Shown: positions 47,583 to 59,941 of the stretch, piece by piece
Layout: each line of letters opens with the position of its first letter
How positions within the stretch are numbered: position 1 is the first letter of the stretch
From: Scyliorhinus canicula
Lineage: Eukaryota
Assembly (NCBI RefSeq): GCF_902713615.1
Contig: NC_052158.1
Coordinates: forward strand, 45,099,159 to 45,163,158
Length of the DNA stretch: 64,000 nucleotides
Direction of reading: 5' to 3'
Translations under genes and position numbers: made by a program
The notes under the pieces: generated by a model
Told to the model about the DNA's origin: nothing
Database searches by the model: none
The model's input: only the letters and a program-made list of their open reading frames with translations

Positions 47583-50500
47583 TGTGGTGAATCACAGTAG
47601 TGTAATTCACACTGTATTACTATGTCTCTGTAAGCTCAGCACACGAGCAGTTACACTGCTCTGCCACTAGGGGGAGATGCACTGGGAGTGTACGGGAGTT
47701 TGTACTGGGCTCCACCCATGGCTCCACCCATGGCTCCTCCCCCCTAACCGGAAGTATAAAGGTTGATGCTGAGAGCCTGCCTGTAGTTCATCTGGAGTTC
47801 ATCGTGTCACAGGCAGGCTCTGTTGTAAGACGATTAAAACCACTGTTCACTTCTAACCACGTGTCGCGTGAATTGATGGTCTCATCAATTTAATCGTCTG
47901 AAGAAACAGTAAGGAAGGACCATGGAATCAGCCCTCAAGCCTAACCGACTGGAACTCGACCCGCAGGATGCAGAGGCAAAAGAAATCTTTTCGCATTGGC
48001 TCCGATGTTTTAAGGCCTACCTGGCTGAAGCAAGCACCACAGAAACGACTGAGGAACAGAAACTCAGTCTACTGCACGCGAGGATGAGCCATCGTATATC
48101 TACTCAGCTAAACTGTACCGGCTCATATACAGAGGCCCAGGCCCTATTCGATAGAATGTACGTGAGGCCTATGAATGAGGTCTACGCGCGCCACATTTTT
48201 ACTACTCGCCGCCAGAGCCCTACAGAATCGCTAGAAGAATTCCTCAGAGACTTAAAAGCCATATCCCGGGACTGTAATTATCAGGCTGTAACTGCTACAG
48301 AGCATAGGGAACTTGCTGTGCGTGATGTCTTTGTTGCAGGCCTTAGATCGAATTATGTGCGGCAGCGACTGCTGAAGAAGGAGGCCCTAAATTTAGAAGA
48401 TACTGTTGAACTCGCTACAACTATGGAGGTCTCATTTTGTAGCCTCATCTCGTTTCCTGCCGACTGCGCGACCCTGTCATGGGCCCCCGACCAGCGACTC
48501 CCCCAGGCCTGCGCCGCGCGGCCACCCAGCCACCATGCTGCCCCAGCCTGCCACTTTTGTGGCCAGCCCCAGCACCCGTGGCAGCACTGCCCGGCCCGCA
48601 ACACGACCTGCAGCAGCTGCGGGCGAAAAGGCCACTACGCCTGAGTGTGCCTGGCAAGAAAGGCCCCAGCCCCTAAAACTCCAGCGGCACAAAGTAATCG
48701 CTCTCCGCACTCGCAGGCCCGCAGGCCCCGGAATGCAGCGGCCTATGCCCCGACTCTGCCCCCACCTGCCACGTGCGATCTATGGGGGCCGCCATCTTGG
48801 CGGACCCCCACCACGCGGTCCACCACGGGTGACTCATGGGGGCCGCCATCTTGGACGCCATCTTACTCGCCGCCCGCCACGTTCGATCCACGGGGGCGGC
48901 CATCTTGGGCTCCACACTCAGAAAACCCAATTGAAGACTGCGACCTCAGCGGGCACTCATCGCGGGGCCATCCCAGTGCAGCCGACCGAGCCGCCGACTA
49001 CCCGCAACTCAACGCAGTCACACTGGACCAATCACGCCCAAAGCATCTCAACAACTCTATGACGACGGTCCAAATCAACGGGTACAGTACACCGTGCCTT
49101 TTCGACTCCGGGAGCACTGAAATCTTCGTACATCCAGATCTGGTAAGACGCTGTTCGCTCCCCGTTTTCCCTGCACGGCAAACTATCTGCTACGCACCGT
49201 CGCAACGCTAACAATCCAAGGCACTAGCTATTCTAAATTCCAACTATACATCCTGCCCGAACTCTGCGCCCCACTCTTATTTGGACTCGACTTTCAATGC
49301 AATCTCAAGAGTCTCACCCTCAGCTTCGGCGGACCCCTATCCTCACTCACTATCTTCAGCCTAGCCAAGCTGCGAATCTCCCCCCCTCCTCTTTTTGCCA
49401 ACCTCACTCTGGACTGTAAACCCATAGCCACTCGCAGCAGGCGGTACAGCCTACAGGACAGGGTGTTTATTCGATCCGAGGTTCGGAGGCTTTTACGTGA
49501 GGGGATCATAGAGGCCAGTAACAGTCCCTGGAGAGCTCAGGTGGTGGTCGTCAAGACCGGGGGAAAATTCCGCATGGTCATAGACTATAGTCAGACTATT
49601 AATCGGTTTACGCTCCTCGACGCGTACCCCCTCCCCAGGATTGCAGACATGGTGAATCAGATCGGCCAGTATCGGATTCTTTCCACGGTGGATCTGAAGT
49701 CTGCATACCACCAACTCCCAATCCGCCCGGAGGACCGCCACTTCAAGGCATTTGAGGCCGATGGCCGTCTCTTCCACTTCCTCCTGGTCCCCTTTGGCGT
49801 CACAAATGGGGTTTCGGTGTTCCAACGAGCAATGGACCGAATGGTGGACCAGTAAGGGCTGCGGGCCACGTTTCCGTACTTGGATAATGTCACCATCTGC
49901 GGCTATGACCAGCAGGACCACAATGCCAACCTCAACCGATTTCTCCAGATGGCCCAGAAGCTTAACCTCACATACAAAAAGGAGAAATGCGTTTTCCACA
50001 CAACCAGACTAGCCATCCTCTCCCTCATTGTCCCAGGGCCCTCAAACGATGCTTGGGATTTTTTTCGTATTATGCCCAGTGGGTCCCTCAATATGCGGAC
50101 AAAGCCCGCCCACTCTTTAAGGCCACACTTTTTCCCCTGTCAGCCGAGGCATGCCAGGCCTTCGACTGCATCAAGGAAGACATTGCCAAAGCGGCCATGC
50201 GGGCGGTGGATGAATCCGTCCCTTTCCAGGTTGAGAGCGATGCCTCAGAGGTAGCTCTTGCAGCCACACTAAATCAGGCAGGGAGACCAGTCGCATTTTG
50301 GTCCCGAACCCTCTCCGCTTCGGAACTCCGACACTCCTCAGTCGAAAAGGAAGCACAAGCCATTGTGGAGGCTATTCGTCACTGGAGGCACTACCTCACA
50401 GGTAGAAGGTTCACCCTTATCACCGACCAAAGATCGGTTGCCTTCATGTTTGACAACTCGCAAAGGGGCAAAATTAAAAATGACAAAATTCTGAGGTGCG

Positions 50501-52110
50501 GGATCGAACTCTCCACCTACAATTACGATATTATGTATCGATCGGGGAAGCTCAACGAGCCCCCAGATCCCCTGTCCCACGGGACGTGTGCCAGAGCACA
50601 GAGCGACCGCTTAAGAACCATCCACAATGACTTCTGCCACCCGGGGGTCACCCGGCTCGCCCACTACATTAAAGCCCGAAATCTGCCTTTCTCCACCGAG
50701 GAGGTAAAAGCCATCACCAGGGATTGCCCAATCTGCGCGGAGTGCAAACCGCACTTCTACAGACCAGACAGGGCCCACCTGGTCAAGGCTTCTAGGCCCT
50801 TTGAACGCCTCGCTATCGATTTCAAAGGGCCACTCACCTCGACGAACAGGATTGTGTACTTCCTGAACGTCAAAGACGAGTTCTCCCGTTTTCCCTTTGC
50901 TATCCCGTGCCCCGATATGACCTCCCACACAGTCATTAGGGCCCTGCATAGTATCGTCACCCTGTTTGGTTTCCCCAGCTATGTACACAGCGACCGGGGT
51001 TCATCCTTAATGAGCGACGAGCTGCATCAGTACCTGCTCGGCAAGGGCATCGCCTCGAGCAGGACTACCAGCTTTCACCCCAGGGGGAACGGGCAGGTGG
51101 AGAGGGAGAATGCGACGGTCTGGAAGACCGTCCTACTGACCCTCCGGTCCAGGAATCTCCCGATCTCCCATTGGCAAGAAGTCCTCCCCGACGCGCTCCA
51201 CGCTATTAGGTCCCTCTTATGTACCGCTACCAACCAGACCCCTCACGAGCGGCTCTTTATTTTTTCCAGGGGCACGACCATGGGGGTTTTGCTCCCGGCC
51301 TGGTTGAAGACACCGGGCCCAGTACTCCTCCGGAAGCACGTCAGGGCGCACAAAACTGACCCACTCGTAGAGAAAGTGCTCCTACTGCATTCGAACCCCC
51401 AGTACGCCTTCGTAGAGTTCCCTGACGGCCGTCAGGACACTGTATCCGTCCGGAACCTAACACCTGCAGGATCCAATCCCCCCACTACCACCGCCGAGGT
51501 ACCCCTCACACTTCATCCCACCAACTCGCCCCCCACGCCCCCGCACCTACCAGTTCGCTACATTTTTTCGCGCACCTGCGCCAGCTAGCTCCCAGCGCCC
51601 CCAGTCGAACCAGATGGGTACGAAGCTCGGGTGGAGTCGCCCCCGGAGTCCGCCATCGTACCTCAACCGACGGTGCTCATCCAGCCACCAGAAGGGGCTG
51701 CAACCCCGGCGCTCTGCTGATCACAGCGGACAACTCGGACACCGGACACACTCAATCTGTAAGCCACCACCCCCGCCGGAGTTGATTTTTTTTACAGGGG
51801 GTGAATGTGGTGAATCACAGTAGCGTAATTCACACTGTATTACTATGTCTCTGTAAGCTCTGCACACGAGCAGTTGCACTGCTCTGCCACTAGGGGGAGA
51901 TGCACTGAGAGTGTACAGGAGTTTGTACTGGGCTCCACCCTTGGCTCCACCGACGGCTCCTGCCCCCTAACCGGAAGTATAAAGGTTGATGCTGAGAGCC
52001 TGCCTGCTGTTCATCTGGAATTCATCGTGTCACAGGCAGGCTCTGTCGTAAGACGATTAAAACCACTGTTCACTTCTAACCACGTGTCGTGTGAATTGAT
52101 GGTCTCATCA
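47583..52110 (+). mobile_element. Near full-length Ty3/Gypsy LTR retrotransposon (gag-PR-RT-RH-IN), inactivated
   Basis: 305-bp LTRs 47583-47887 and 51806-52110 (about 14 differences); 5-bp TSD GTAAA; gag at 47922 with two zinc knuckles; LFDSGS; YLDNV; ESDAS; IN AIDF..HSDRG..GNGQVER; stops at 48642 and 49853 plus deletions. Confidence 0.95.
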
Positions 52111-52621
52111 GTAAATATCTGGTTCAATTGCAGAGTTATTGCTGTGAGGACAGTCCAGGTTGAATAGTCCAGTGCCTGGAGCTGGAACCGGAAACAAACT
52201 CCCTGTCCATTCACACTGGCATTGCGGCTGCTTTGTGACATCATTGCTGGCCGCTGTGTGATTGGCTGCTGGCTCCTTTGTGATGTCAGCTGGAAACAGG
52301 TTTCAGCCCCTGGTTACGCTCCATCAGTGAGACATCACTCTGGGGGTGTGAGTCTCAGTGCTGGTGTGATGCCAGGTACGGAGGATGCTGTTATGTAAGG
52401 GATGGTACACTCATCATTTCAAATATGGATCTTATTCAATACGGACATTGGACAAAGAAGCTGTTCAAATATTGGGTTAGAGAGAATCACTGTATCCACA
52501 AAATGTCCTCTGACCATCAGGTGACACTGTCAGTCAGGGCAATAACTGATTGTCTTATAAAGAGAAAGGATTGTGACTGTCGGTGGCAGCAGCCCGAGTG
52601 AAATAGCAGCTTCTAGAGAAA
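52111..52621 (+). repeat. Right arm of ~520-bp inverted duplication, promoter-like
   Basis: rc match to 44274-44801; homology continues about 10 bp on the other side of the Gypsy insertion (47572-47582). Confidence 0.9.
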
Positions 52622-52757
52622 CCTGAGCACAGCCACTTGTGTTTTGAGGTGAGGTATTGGTTTAAGTAAAAACAATTAAGCTGCCATTCTGACCACAGTC
52701 AGAGAAGAGATCAGGACACTACAAGAAGGAGCTACACATCATGCTGAATGGTTTGAT

Positions 52758-54390
52758 CTCCCTTCCCTCCTCCCCATTCCCCTTCCCCCTTCTGATTTCC
52801 CCTTCCCCCTCCTAATTCCCTCTTCCCCACTCCCCATTCCCCTTCCCCATTCCCCCTCCCGATTCCCCCTTCCGCCTCCTGATTCCCTCTTCCCCCTCCT
52901 GATTCCCTCTTCCCCCTCCTGATTCCCTCTTCCCCCTCCTGATTCCCTCTTCCCCCTCCCGAGTCCCCTTCCCCCTCCTCATTCCCCCTTCCCCCTCCTC
53001 ATTCCGCCTTCCCCTCCTCATTCCCCCTTGCCCCTCCTGATTCCTCCTTGCCCCTCCTGATTCCCCCTTGCCCCTCCTGATTCCTCCTTCCCCCTCCTCA
53101 TTCCCCCTCATCATACCCCTTCCCCCTCCCCATTCCCCTTCCTCATTCCCCCCTCCTCATTCCCCTTCCCCCATTCCCCTCCTGATTCCCTCTTCCCACT
53201 CCTGATTCCTCTTCCCCCTCCTGATTCCTCTTCACCCTCCTGATTCCCCTTCCCCCTCCTGATTCCCCTTCCCCCTCCTGATTCCCTCTTCCCCCTCCTG
53301 ATTCCCCCTCCCCCTCATTCCCCCTTCCCACTCCTGAGTCCCCTTCCCCCTCCTCATTCCCCCATCCCCCTCATTCCCATTCCTCCTTATTCCCCCTTCC
53401 CCTTCCTCATTCCCCCTTCCCCCTCCTTTCCTCCTTCCCACTCCTCATTCCCCTTACCCCTCCTGATTCACCCTTCCCCCTCCTCATTCCCCCTTCACCC
53501 TCCTCATTCCCCTTCCCCCTCCCCCTCCTCATTCCCCCTCCCCCTCCTCATTCCACCTTACCCCTCCTCATTCCCCTTCCCCCTCCTCATTCCCCTTCCC
53601 CCTCCTCATTCGCCCTTCCCCCCTCCCCCTCCTGATTTCCCCTTGCCCGTCCTCATTCCCCCTTCAACAACCTGACCACCCCCTCATGATTTCCTCCTCC
53701 TGATTCCCCTTCCCCCTCCTGATTCCCTCTTCCCCCTCCTGATTCCCTCTTCCCCCTCCTGATTCCCCCTCCCCCTCATTCCCCCTTCCCACTCCTGAGT
53801 CCCCTTCCCCCTCCTCATTCCCATTCCCCCTTATTCCCCTTCCCCTTCGTTATTCCCCCGTCCCCCTCCTGCTCCTCATTCCCCCTTGCCCCTCCTGATT
53901 CCTCCTTCCCCCTCCTCATTCCCCTTCCCCCTCCTGATTCCTCCTTCCCCCTCCTCATTCCCCCTTCACCCTCCTCATTCCCCTTCCCCCTCCTCATTCC
54001 CCCTCCCCCTCCTCATTCCACCTTACCCCTCCTCATTCCCCCTTCCCCTCCTCGTTCCCCCTTCCCCCTCCTCATTCCCCCTTCCCCTCCTCATTCGCCC
54101 TTCCCCCTCCTCATTCCCCCTTCCCCCTCCTCATTCCCCTTCCCCCTCCCCATTCCCCCTTGCCCCTCCTCATTCCCCCTTCAACAACCTGATCACCCCC
54201 TCATGATTTCCTCCTCCTGATTCCACCGTTCCCCCATCTTAATTCCATCCCTCCCTCCTCTTGATTCCACCGTCTCCCCTCCTGATCCTCCTCCCCTTTC
54301 TCCATCACATTTCTTCCCTGTCCCCCTCCTGATTTCCCACCCCACCTTCCTGATCCCCCTGTCCCCCCTCCCCACCCTTCTGATTCCCTC
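52758..54390 (+). repeat. 1.6-kb polypyrimidine minisatellite (TTCCCCCTCCT(C/G)A-like units)
   Basis: Repeated ttccccctcctcattcccc / cctgattccc units; cttcaacaacctga marker repeated at ~53662 and ~54179. Confidence 0.95.
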
Positions 54391-54394
54391 CAGA

Positions 54395-54682
54395 CAGATT
54401 CCTGGGATGGATGTGTCGGAGAGATTGAGTCGGTTAGGATTATATTCGCTGGAGTTCAGAAGAATGAGCGGGAATCTCACAGATCAATAAAATTCTGACC
54501 GGACTAGACGGTAAATGCAGGAGGGATGTTGCTGATGGTGGTGTTGTTCAGAACCAGTGGTCACAGTCTGAGGAGATGGAGTAGACCATTTAGGACAGAG
54601 ATGAGGGAAAGTTTCTTCACCCAGAGGGTGGTGAGCCTGTGGAATTCATTACCACAGTAAGGAGTTGAAGCCAAAACACTGT
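54395..54682 (+). mobile_element. Degenerate CR1 3' ORF fragment
   Basis: RLSRLGLYSLEFRRMSG.L; TSGHSL; FFTQRVVSLWNSLP. Confidence 0.7.
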
Positions 54683-54775
54683 GGACTGGATTCTCCTTTT
54701 GGGTGACTATGTTCTCCCGCCAGAGCTGAATCACACCAGTTTTAAGATCTCATGGAGTCGCAAAGCTGGGTGCAA

Positions 54776-54947
54776 TTCACTGGGCTAAATCGCTGGCTTT
54801 GAAAGCAGACCAAGGCAGGCCAGTAGCATGGTTCGATTCCCGTAACAGCCTCCCCGAACAGGCGCCAGAATGTGGCGACTAGGGGCTTTTCACAGTAACC
54901 TCATTGAAGCCTACTCGTGACAATAAGCGATTTTTATTTCATTTCAT
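54776..54947 (+). mobile_element. Short tRNA-derived SINE with (CATTT)n tail, within a MITE-like fragment starting at ~54684
   Basis: Same family as 167-352. Confidence 0.8.
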
Positions 54948-55413
54948 GTAAATTTATGCATGGCGTGGAATATGAGGGATTCCCAGGGAATCCCATTATC
55001 GGGCTTCCATCTTGAGAGGTAAGTGCTGTGAAATCACAGGCTTGAATTACTGGAATGGACTTAGTGCTCGGAATGCACTTATACCCCTTTAATCTTGGGG
55101 AATAAGGACGGGCAGATGACGGAAGTATTAGTGAGGGATCACTTTGGGACCATTGAGCATAATTCCATTAGTTTTAAGATAGCTATGGAGAATGATAGTT
55201 CTGGCTCAAAAGTTAAAATTGGGGCAAGGCCAATTTCAGTGGTATTAGGCGGGAACTTTTGAAAGCTGATTGGGGAGCCTGTTTACAGGCAAGGGAACAG
55301 CTGATAAGTGGGAGCCTTTCAAAAGGGTGCAGAGTGCGCACATTCCTCTTAGAGTGAAGTATAAGGCTGGTAGAAGTAGGGAATCCTGGATGACTCGTGA
55401 CATTGAGACCATG

Positions 55414-57362
55414 CCTGCTGGTATATGTGGCGGACCCAGAGGGGGGAATGCCGGGGGTGATGGAGCTGTTAGCGGAATTTGGGGGCTTCTCGGGCTATAA
55501 GCTGAACTTAGGAAAGAGCGAGGTATTTGTAGTGCACCCGGGAGATCAGGAGGAGGGAATTGGGAGGCTCCCCTTCAGGAGGGCAGTGAAGAGTTTCAGG
55601 TACCTGGGGGTGCAGGTGGCCAGGAGTTGGGGGGCTCTTCATAAGCTTAACTTCACCAGACTAGTGGAACAGATGGAGGAGGAATTTAAAAGGTTGGACA
55701 TGGTGCCACTATCGCTGGCGGGCAGAGTGCAATCCGTCAAAATGACGGTTCTCCCGAGGTTCTTGTTCCTCTTCCAGTGCTTGCCCATCTTTATCCCTAG
55801 GGCCTTTTTTAAAAGGGTGACCAGCAGCATCATGGGATTTGTTTGGGCGCATGGCACCCCGAGGGTGAAGAAGGCCTTCTTGGAGCGGAGTAGAGATGGG
55901 GGGGAGCTGGCGTTGCCCAACCTCTCGGGGTACTACGTGTCGATGGTGCGTAAGTGGGTGATGGAGGGGGAGGGGGCAGCATGGAAACGGATGGAGAGAG
56001 CGTCCTGTGGGGATACCAGCCTGGGGGCCCTGGTAACGGCGCCGTGGCCGCTCCCTCCCAAGAGGTATACCACGAGTCTGGTGGTGGCGGCTATCCTCAA
56101 GATTTGGGGGCAGTGGAGGCGACATAGGGGAGAAGTGGGGGGCTCGATGGAGGCTCCGTTAAGGGGGAACCATAGGTTCGTCCCGGGGAACATGGATGGG
56201 GGATTTCGGGGATGGTATAGAGCGGGCATTAGACAGCTGAGGGACCTGTTTATCGACGGAAGGTTTGCGAGCCTGGGGGAGTTGGAGGAGAAATTTGGGC
56301 TCCCGCCGGGAAACATGTTTAGATATCTGCAGGTAAAGGCATTTGCTAGACGGCAGGTGGAGGGATTCCCTGCGCTCCCCGCGAGGGGGTGAGTGACAGG
56401 GTGCTCTCGGGGGTCTGGGTCGGGGAGGGGAAGATATCCGATATCTACAAGCTTATGCAGGAGGTGGAAGAGGCGTCAGTAGAGGAGCTGAAAACGAAGT
56501 GGGAGGGGGAACTGGGGGAACAGATCGAAGACGGGACATGGGCTGATGCCCTGGAGAGGGTAAATTCTTCCTCCTCGTGTGCGCGGCTTAGCTTCATCCA
56601 ATTCAAGGTGCTGCATAGGGCCCACATGACTGGGACGAGGATGAGTAGGTTCTTTGGGGGTGAAGATAGGTGTGTCAGGTGCTCGGGGAGTCCAGCGAAC
56701 CATGCCCATATGTTCTGGCCATGCCCGGCATTGGAGGAGTTCTGGAAGGGGGTGGCGAGGACGGTGTCAAGGGTGGTTGGATCCAGGGTCAAGCCAGGAT
56801 GGGGACTCGCGATCTTTGGGGTTGGGGTAGAGCCGGGAGTGCAGGAGGCGAAAGAGGCCGGTGTGCTGGCCTTTGCGTCCCTAGTAGCCCGGCGAAGGAT
56901 TTTGCTACAGTGGAAGGACGCGAGGCCCCCAAGCGTGGAGACCTGGATCAATGACATGGCGGGCTTCATTAAGCTTGAGAAGGTTAAATTCGCCCTGAGA
57001 GGATCGGTGCAAGGGTTCTTTAAACGGTGGCAACCTTTCCTCGACTTTCTGGCTCAACGATAGGGTACTGAGACAGTAGCAGCAGCAACCCAGGGGGATG
57101 GGGGGGGGGGGGGGGGGGGGGACGTTGATTATGTTGGTTTATTTTATTTAAATTTGATTTATTTAATTTTAATTTATGGTTAAGTTCTCTTGTTGGGGGG
57201 GGGGGGGCGGTGGGGGGAGTGTGATACATGTGATGTTACGGTATGGGGGGAATTGTGGGTGTTATGGGGCTGTTAGTTGCATATTACTGCTTGTTGCTAT
57301 ACTTGTTGTTATATTTTTATATTTTCTGTAAAAAATTCCAATAAAAATTATTTTTAAAAAAA
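55414..57362 (+). mobile_element. Young 5'-truncated L1-clade LINE
   Basis: ORF2 C-terminus in two long frames (55397-56392, 56389-57063); AATAAA plus polyA; perfect 15-bp TSD gacattgagaccatg (55399-55413, 57363-57377). Confidence 0.95.
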
Positions 57363-58014
57363 GACATTGAGACCATGGTCAAAAGGAAGAAGGAAGCATA
57401 TGACATGCATAGGCAGCTGGGATCAAGTGGATCCCTTGAAGAATATAGGGCTGGTCGGGGTAGAGTTAAGAGAGAAATCAGGAGGGCAAAAAGGGGACAT
57501 GAGATTGTCTTGGCAGATAAGGCAAAGGAACTCCACAGAGCTTTTACAGACACATAAAGGGCAGAAGAGTGACTAGGGATAGGGTAGGCAAGGATAAAAA
57601 GGTCATCCATGTGTGGATCCACAAGAGATGGGAGAGGTCCAAAATGAATCTGTCTCGTCGGTACTGTAGGGAAAGGCCCGAATGTTAGGGAAATCGGGGA
57701 AATAAAAAGTGATATGTTGAGGAATGTACAAATTACAGAGAAGGAGGTGCTGGAGGTATTAAAGCTATCAAGATAGATAAATCCCTGGGACCTGATGAAA
57801 TGTGTCCCAGGATGTTGTGGGAGGCTAGGAAGGAAATTGCCGGCCCCCTAGCTGAGATATTTGAATCATCGACAGCCACAGGAGAGGTGCCTGAAGAATA
57901 GAGGGGAGCAAATGTTGTGTCCTTGTTTAAGAAGGGATCCAGGGATAAGCCGGGGAACTACAGACGGGTGAGCCTAAAGTCTGTCGTGGGTAAGTTGTCA
58001 GAAGGTATTCTGAG

Positions 58015-58215
58015 GTTAGTATTGCTGCCACATGGCACCGAGGTCCCAAGTTTGATCCCAGCTCTGGGTCACTGTCCTTGTGGAGTTTCACATTCTCCCT
58101 GTGTTTGCGTGGGTTTCGCCCCCACAACCCAAAGATGTGCAGGGTCGATGGACTGGCCACGCTAAATTGCCCCTTAATTGGAAAAAATGAATTGGGTACT
58201 CCAAATTTTAAAAAA
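58015..58215 (+). mobile_element. V-SINE short A-tailed form, slightly 5'-truncated
   Basis: 14-bp TSD aaggtattctgagg. Confidence 0.88.
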
Positions 58216-58600
58216 AGGTATTCTGAGGGACAGGATCTACAGGCATTTCGACAGACAAGAGCTAATTAGGGAAAGTCAGCATGGCTTTGTAAGGGGAAAG
58301 TCATGTCTCAGGAATTTGATTGAGTTTTTTGAAGGGGTGACCAAGAAGGTAGATGAGGACAGTGCGGTCGACGTTGTCTACATGGACTTTAGCAAGGCCT
58401 TTGACAAGATACCGCATGGTAGGTTGTTGCAAAAGGTTAAATCTCATGGAATCTAGGGTGAGGTAGCCAATTGGATACAAAATTGGCTTGGCGACTGAAG
58501 CCAAAGGGTGGATGTGGAGGGTTGTTTTTCAAACTGGAGGCCTGTGACCTGCAGTGTGCTTCAGGGGTCGGTGTTGGGTCCACTGTTATTTGTTATATAT

Positions 58601-59294
58601 TGTTGTGGGCCAGGGAAAACTCCAATATATATTATGGAGTTCACCCGGCCTATAACTGTTTGTTGAATTTGGCTGGGATGAGCACAAGAGCCTGTCTTTC
58701 AGGTGTTATTCAACGGACTTCTTAGGCGCTTTTGATTGAAAGAAACAAGCTTTATTCTAAGAATTTAGTTAACATTTGTATAAACACACACAGCAAGAAC
58801 TTTTATGAATTACAAACACAAAGACCCCACACAGCGACAGTAATCTGTGTACAACACTGAATGAATTCCCCCTTCACTGTTCCAATTCAATAACAAAATC
58901 CAAGTAAAACCAGAAAACCCTTTACAAATGTGTGGCCCACCACACGTCATTCTCACTGGTATAAGACTTGCTATTGATACTCTTTGCCCTTTTCAAACAG
59001 CAGAGTTGAGTTCCTTCCAGAAAACAATTATCTATTTTAAGTTACCAAGCAGTCCAGAAACAGCTTTTAAAATGAAGACCATCTCTTCTCTGCCTGACAG
59101 GGACATATATATCAAGATGAAGATAGAGACACTTCTTTCAACCTGTGCAGTTCAAACCAGTCGAAACTCAAAGTGAAAGTAAAAACTCACAGAGCCACAG
59201 CCCAGCTCCACATCCCAGCTCCACCCACACAAATGACATCACTGAAGCCAAGTGATAAGACAAAAACCTTTCTTAAAGGGACACTCTCATGACA
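58601..59294 (-). mobile_element. Solo LTR inserted at an ATAT site
   Basis: TGTTG...TGACA ends; ATATAT on both sides; rc AATAAA at ~58751; CR1 frame resumes after it. Confidence 0.85.
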
Positions 59295-59427
59295 ATATAT
59301 AAACGATTTAGATGAGAATGTAGGAGGCATTGTTTGTAAGCTTGCAAATGACACCAAGATTGGTGGCATAGTGGATAGTGAAGAAGGTCATATAAAATTG
59401 CAACAGGCTGTTGACCAATCGTGCCAG

Positions 59428-59895
59428 TTGGTAACACCTCGGGTGTTCTCTCCCCGGATGGTGTCACGATCACCTTTAGCATGGGCCTGATGTTCGATGT
59501 AAGCTGTCTGCCTTTGACAAAGCCCGTCTGGTCTTCTGCTACCACCTCTGGTACGCATTCGTCCAGCCTTTCGGCTAGGATCTTGGCCAGTATTTTCACG
59601 TCCATGTTTAGTAGCGAGATGGGTCTGTAGGAACTGCATTCTGTTGGGTCTTTTGTATTTTTTAGCTATCAGCGAGATTGAAGCTTGTGCTAGTCTAGGC
59701 GGCTGGGTACCCCTCACCAGTGAGTGATGAACATGTCCCACATTTGTAGAGCCAGTGCGGTCGCAGATCCTGATGCCTTCCCCGCCTGCATGGAGCTAAT
59801 ACTCTCCGTGACTTCTCCCAGTTCTAACGGTGCTTCCAGGTCCCGTCTCCTATCCTCCCCTATGAATGGCATGTCCAGTTCATTGAGGAACTGCA
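59428..59895 (-). mobile_element. L1-clade RT fragment
   Basis: DVKILAKILAERL...DQTGFVKGRQ...NIR. Confidence 0.8.
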
Positions 59896-59941
59896 GAATT
59901 TAGCCACTCGGCCCATTGAATCTGCTCCGCCATTCAATCAT

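Larger units (their letters stand above)
55065..59425 (+). mobile_element. Degenerate CR1 ORF2 interrupted by an L1, a SINE and a solo LTR
   Basis: CR1 motifs resume across each insertion (SWMT.DI, PGNYR.VSL, QHGFVRGKSC, FSKAFDK, ANDTKIGG). Confidence 0.85.

Noticed and set aside
52812-54480. Gly/Glu/Arg-rich and Pro/Ser-rich ORFs
   Set aside because: Translations of the polypyrimidine minisatellite.
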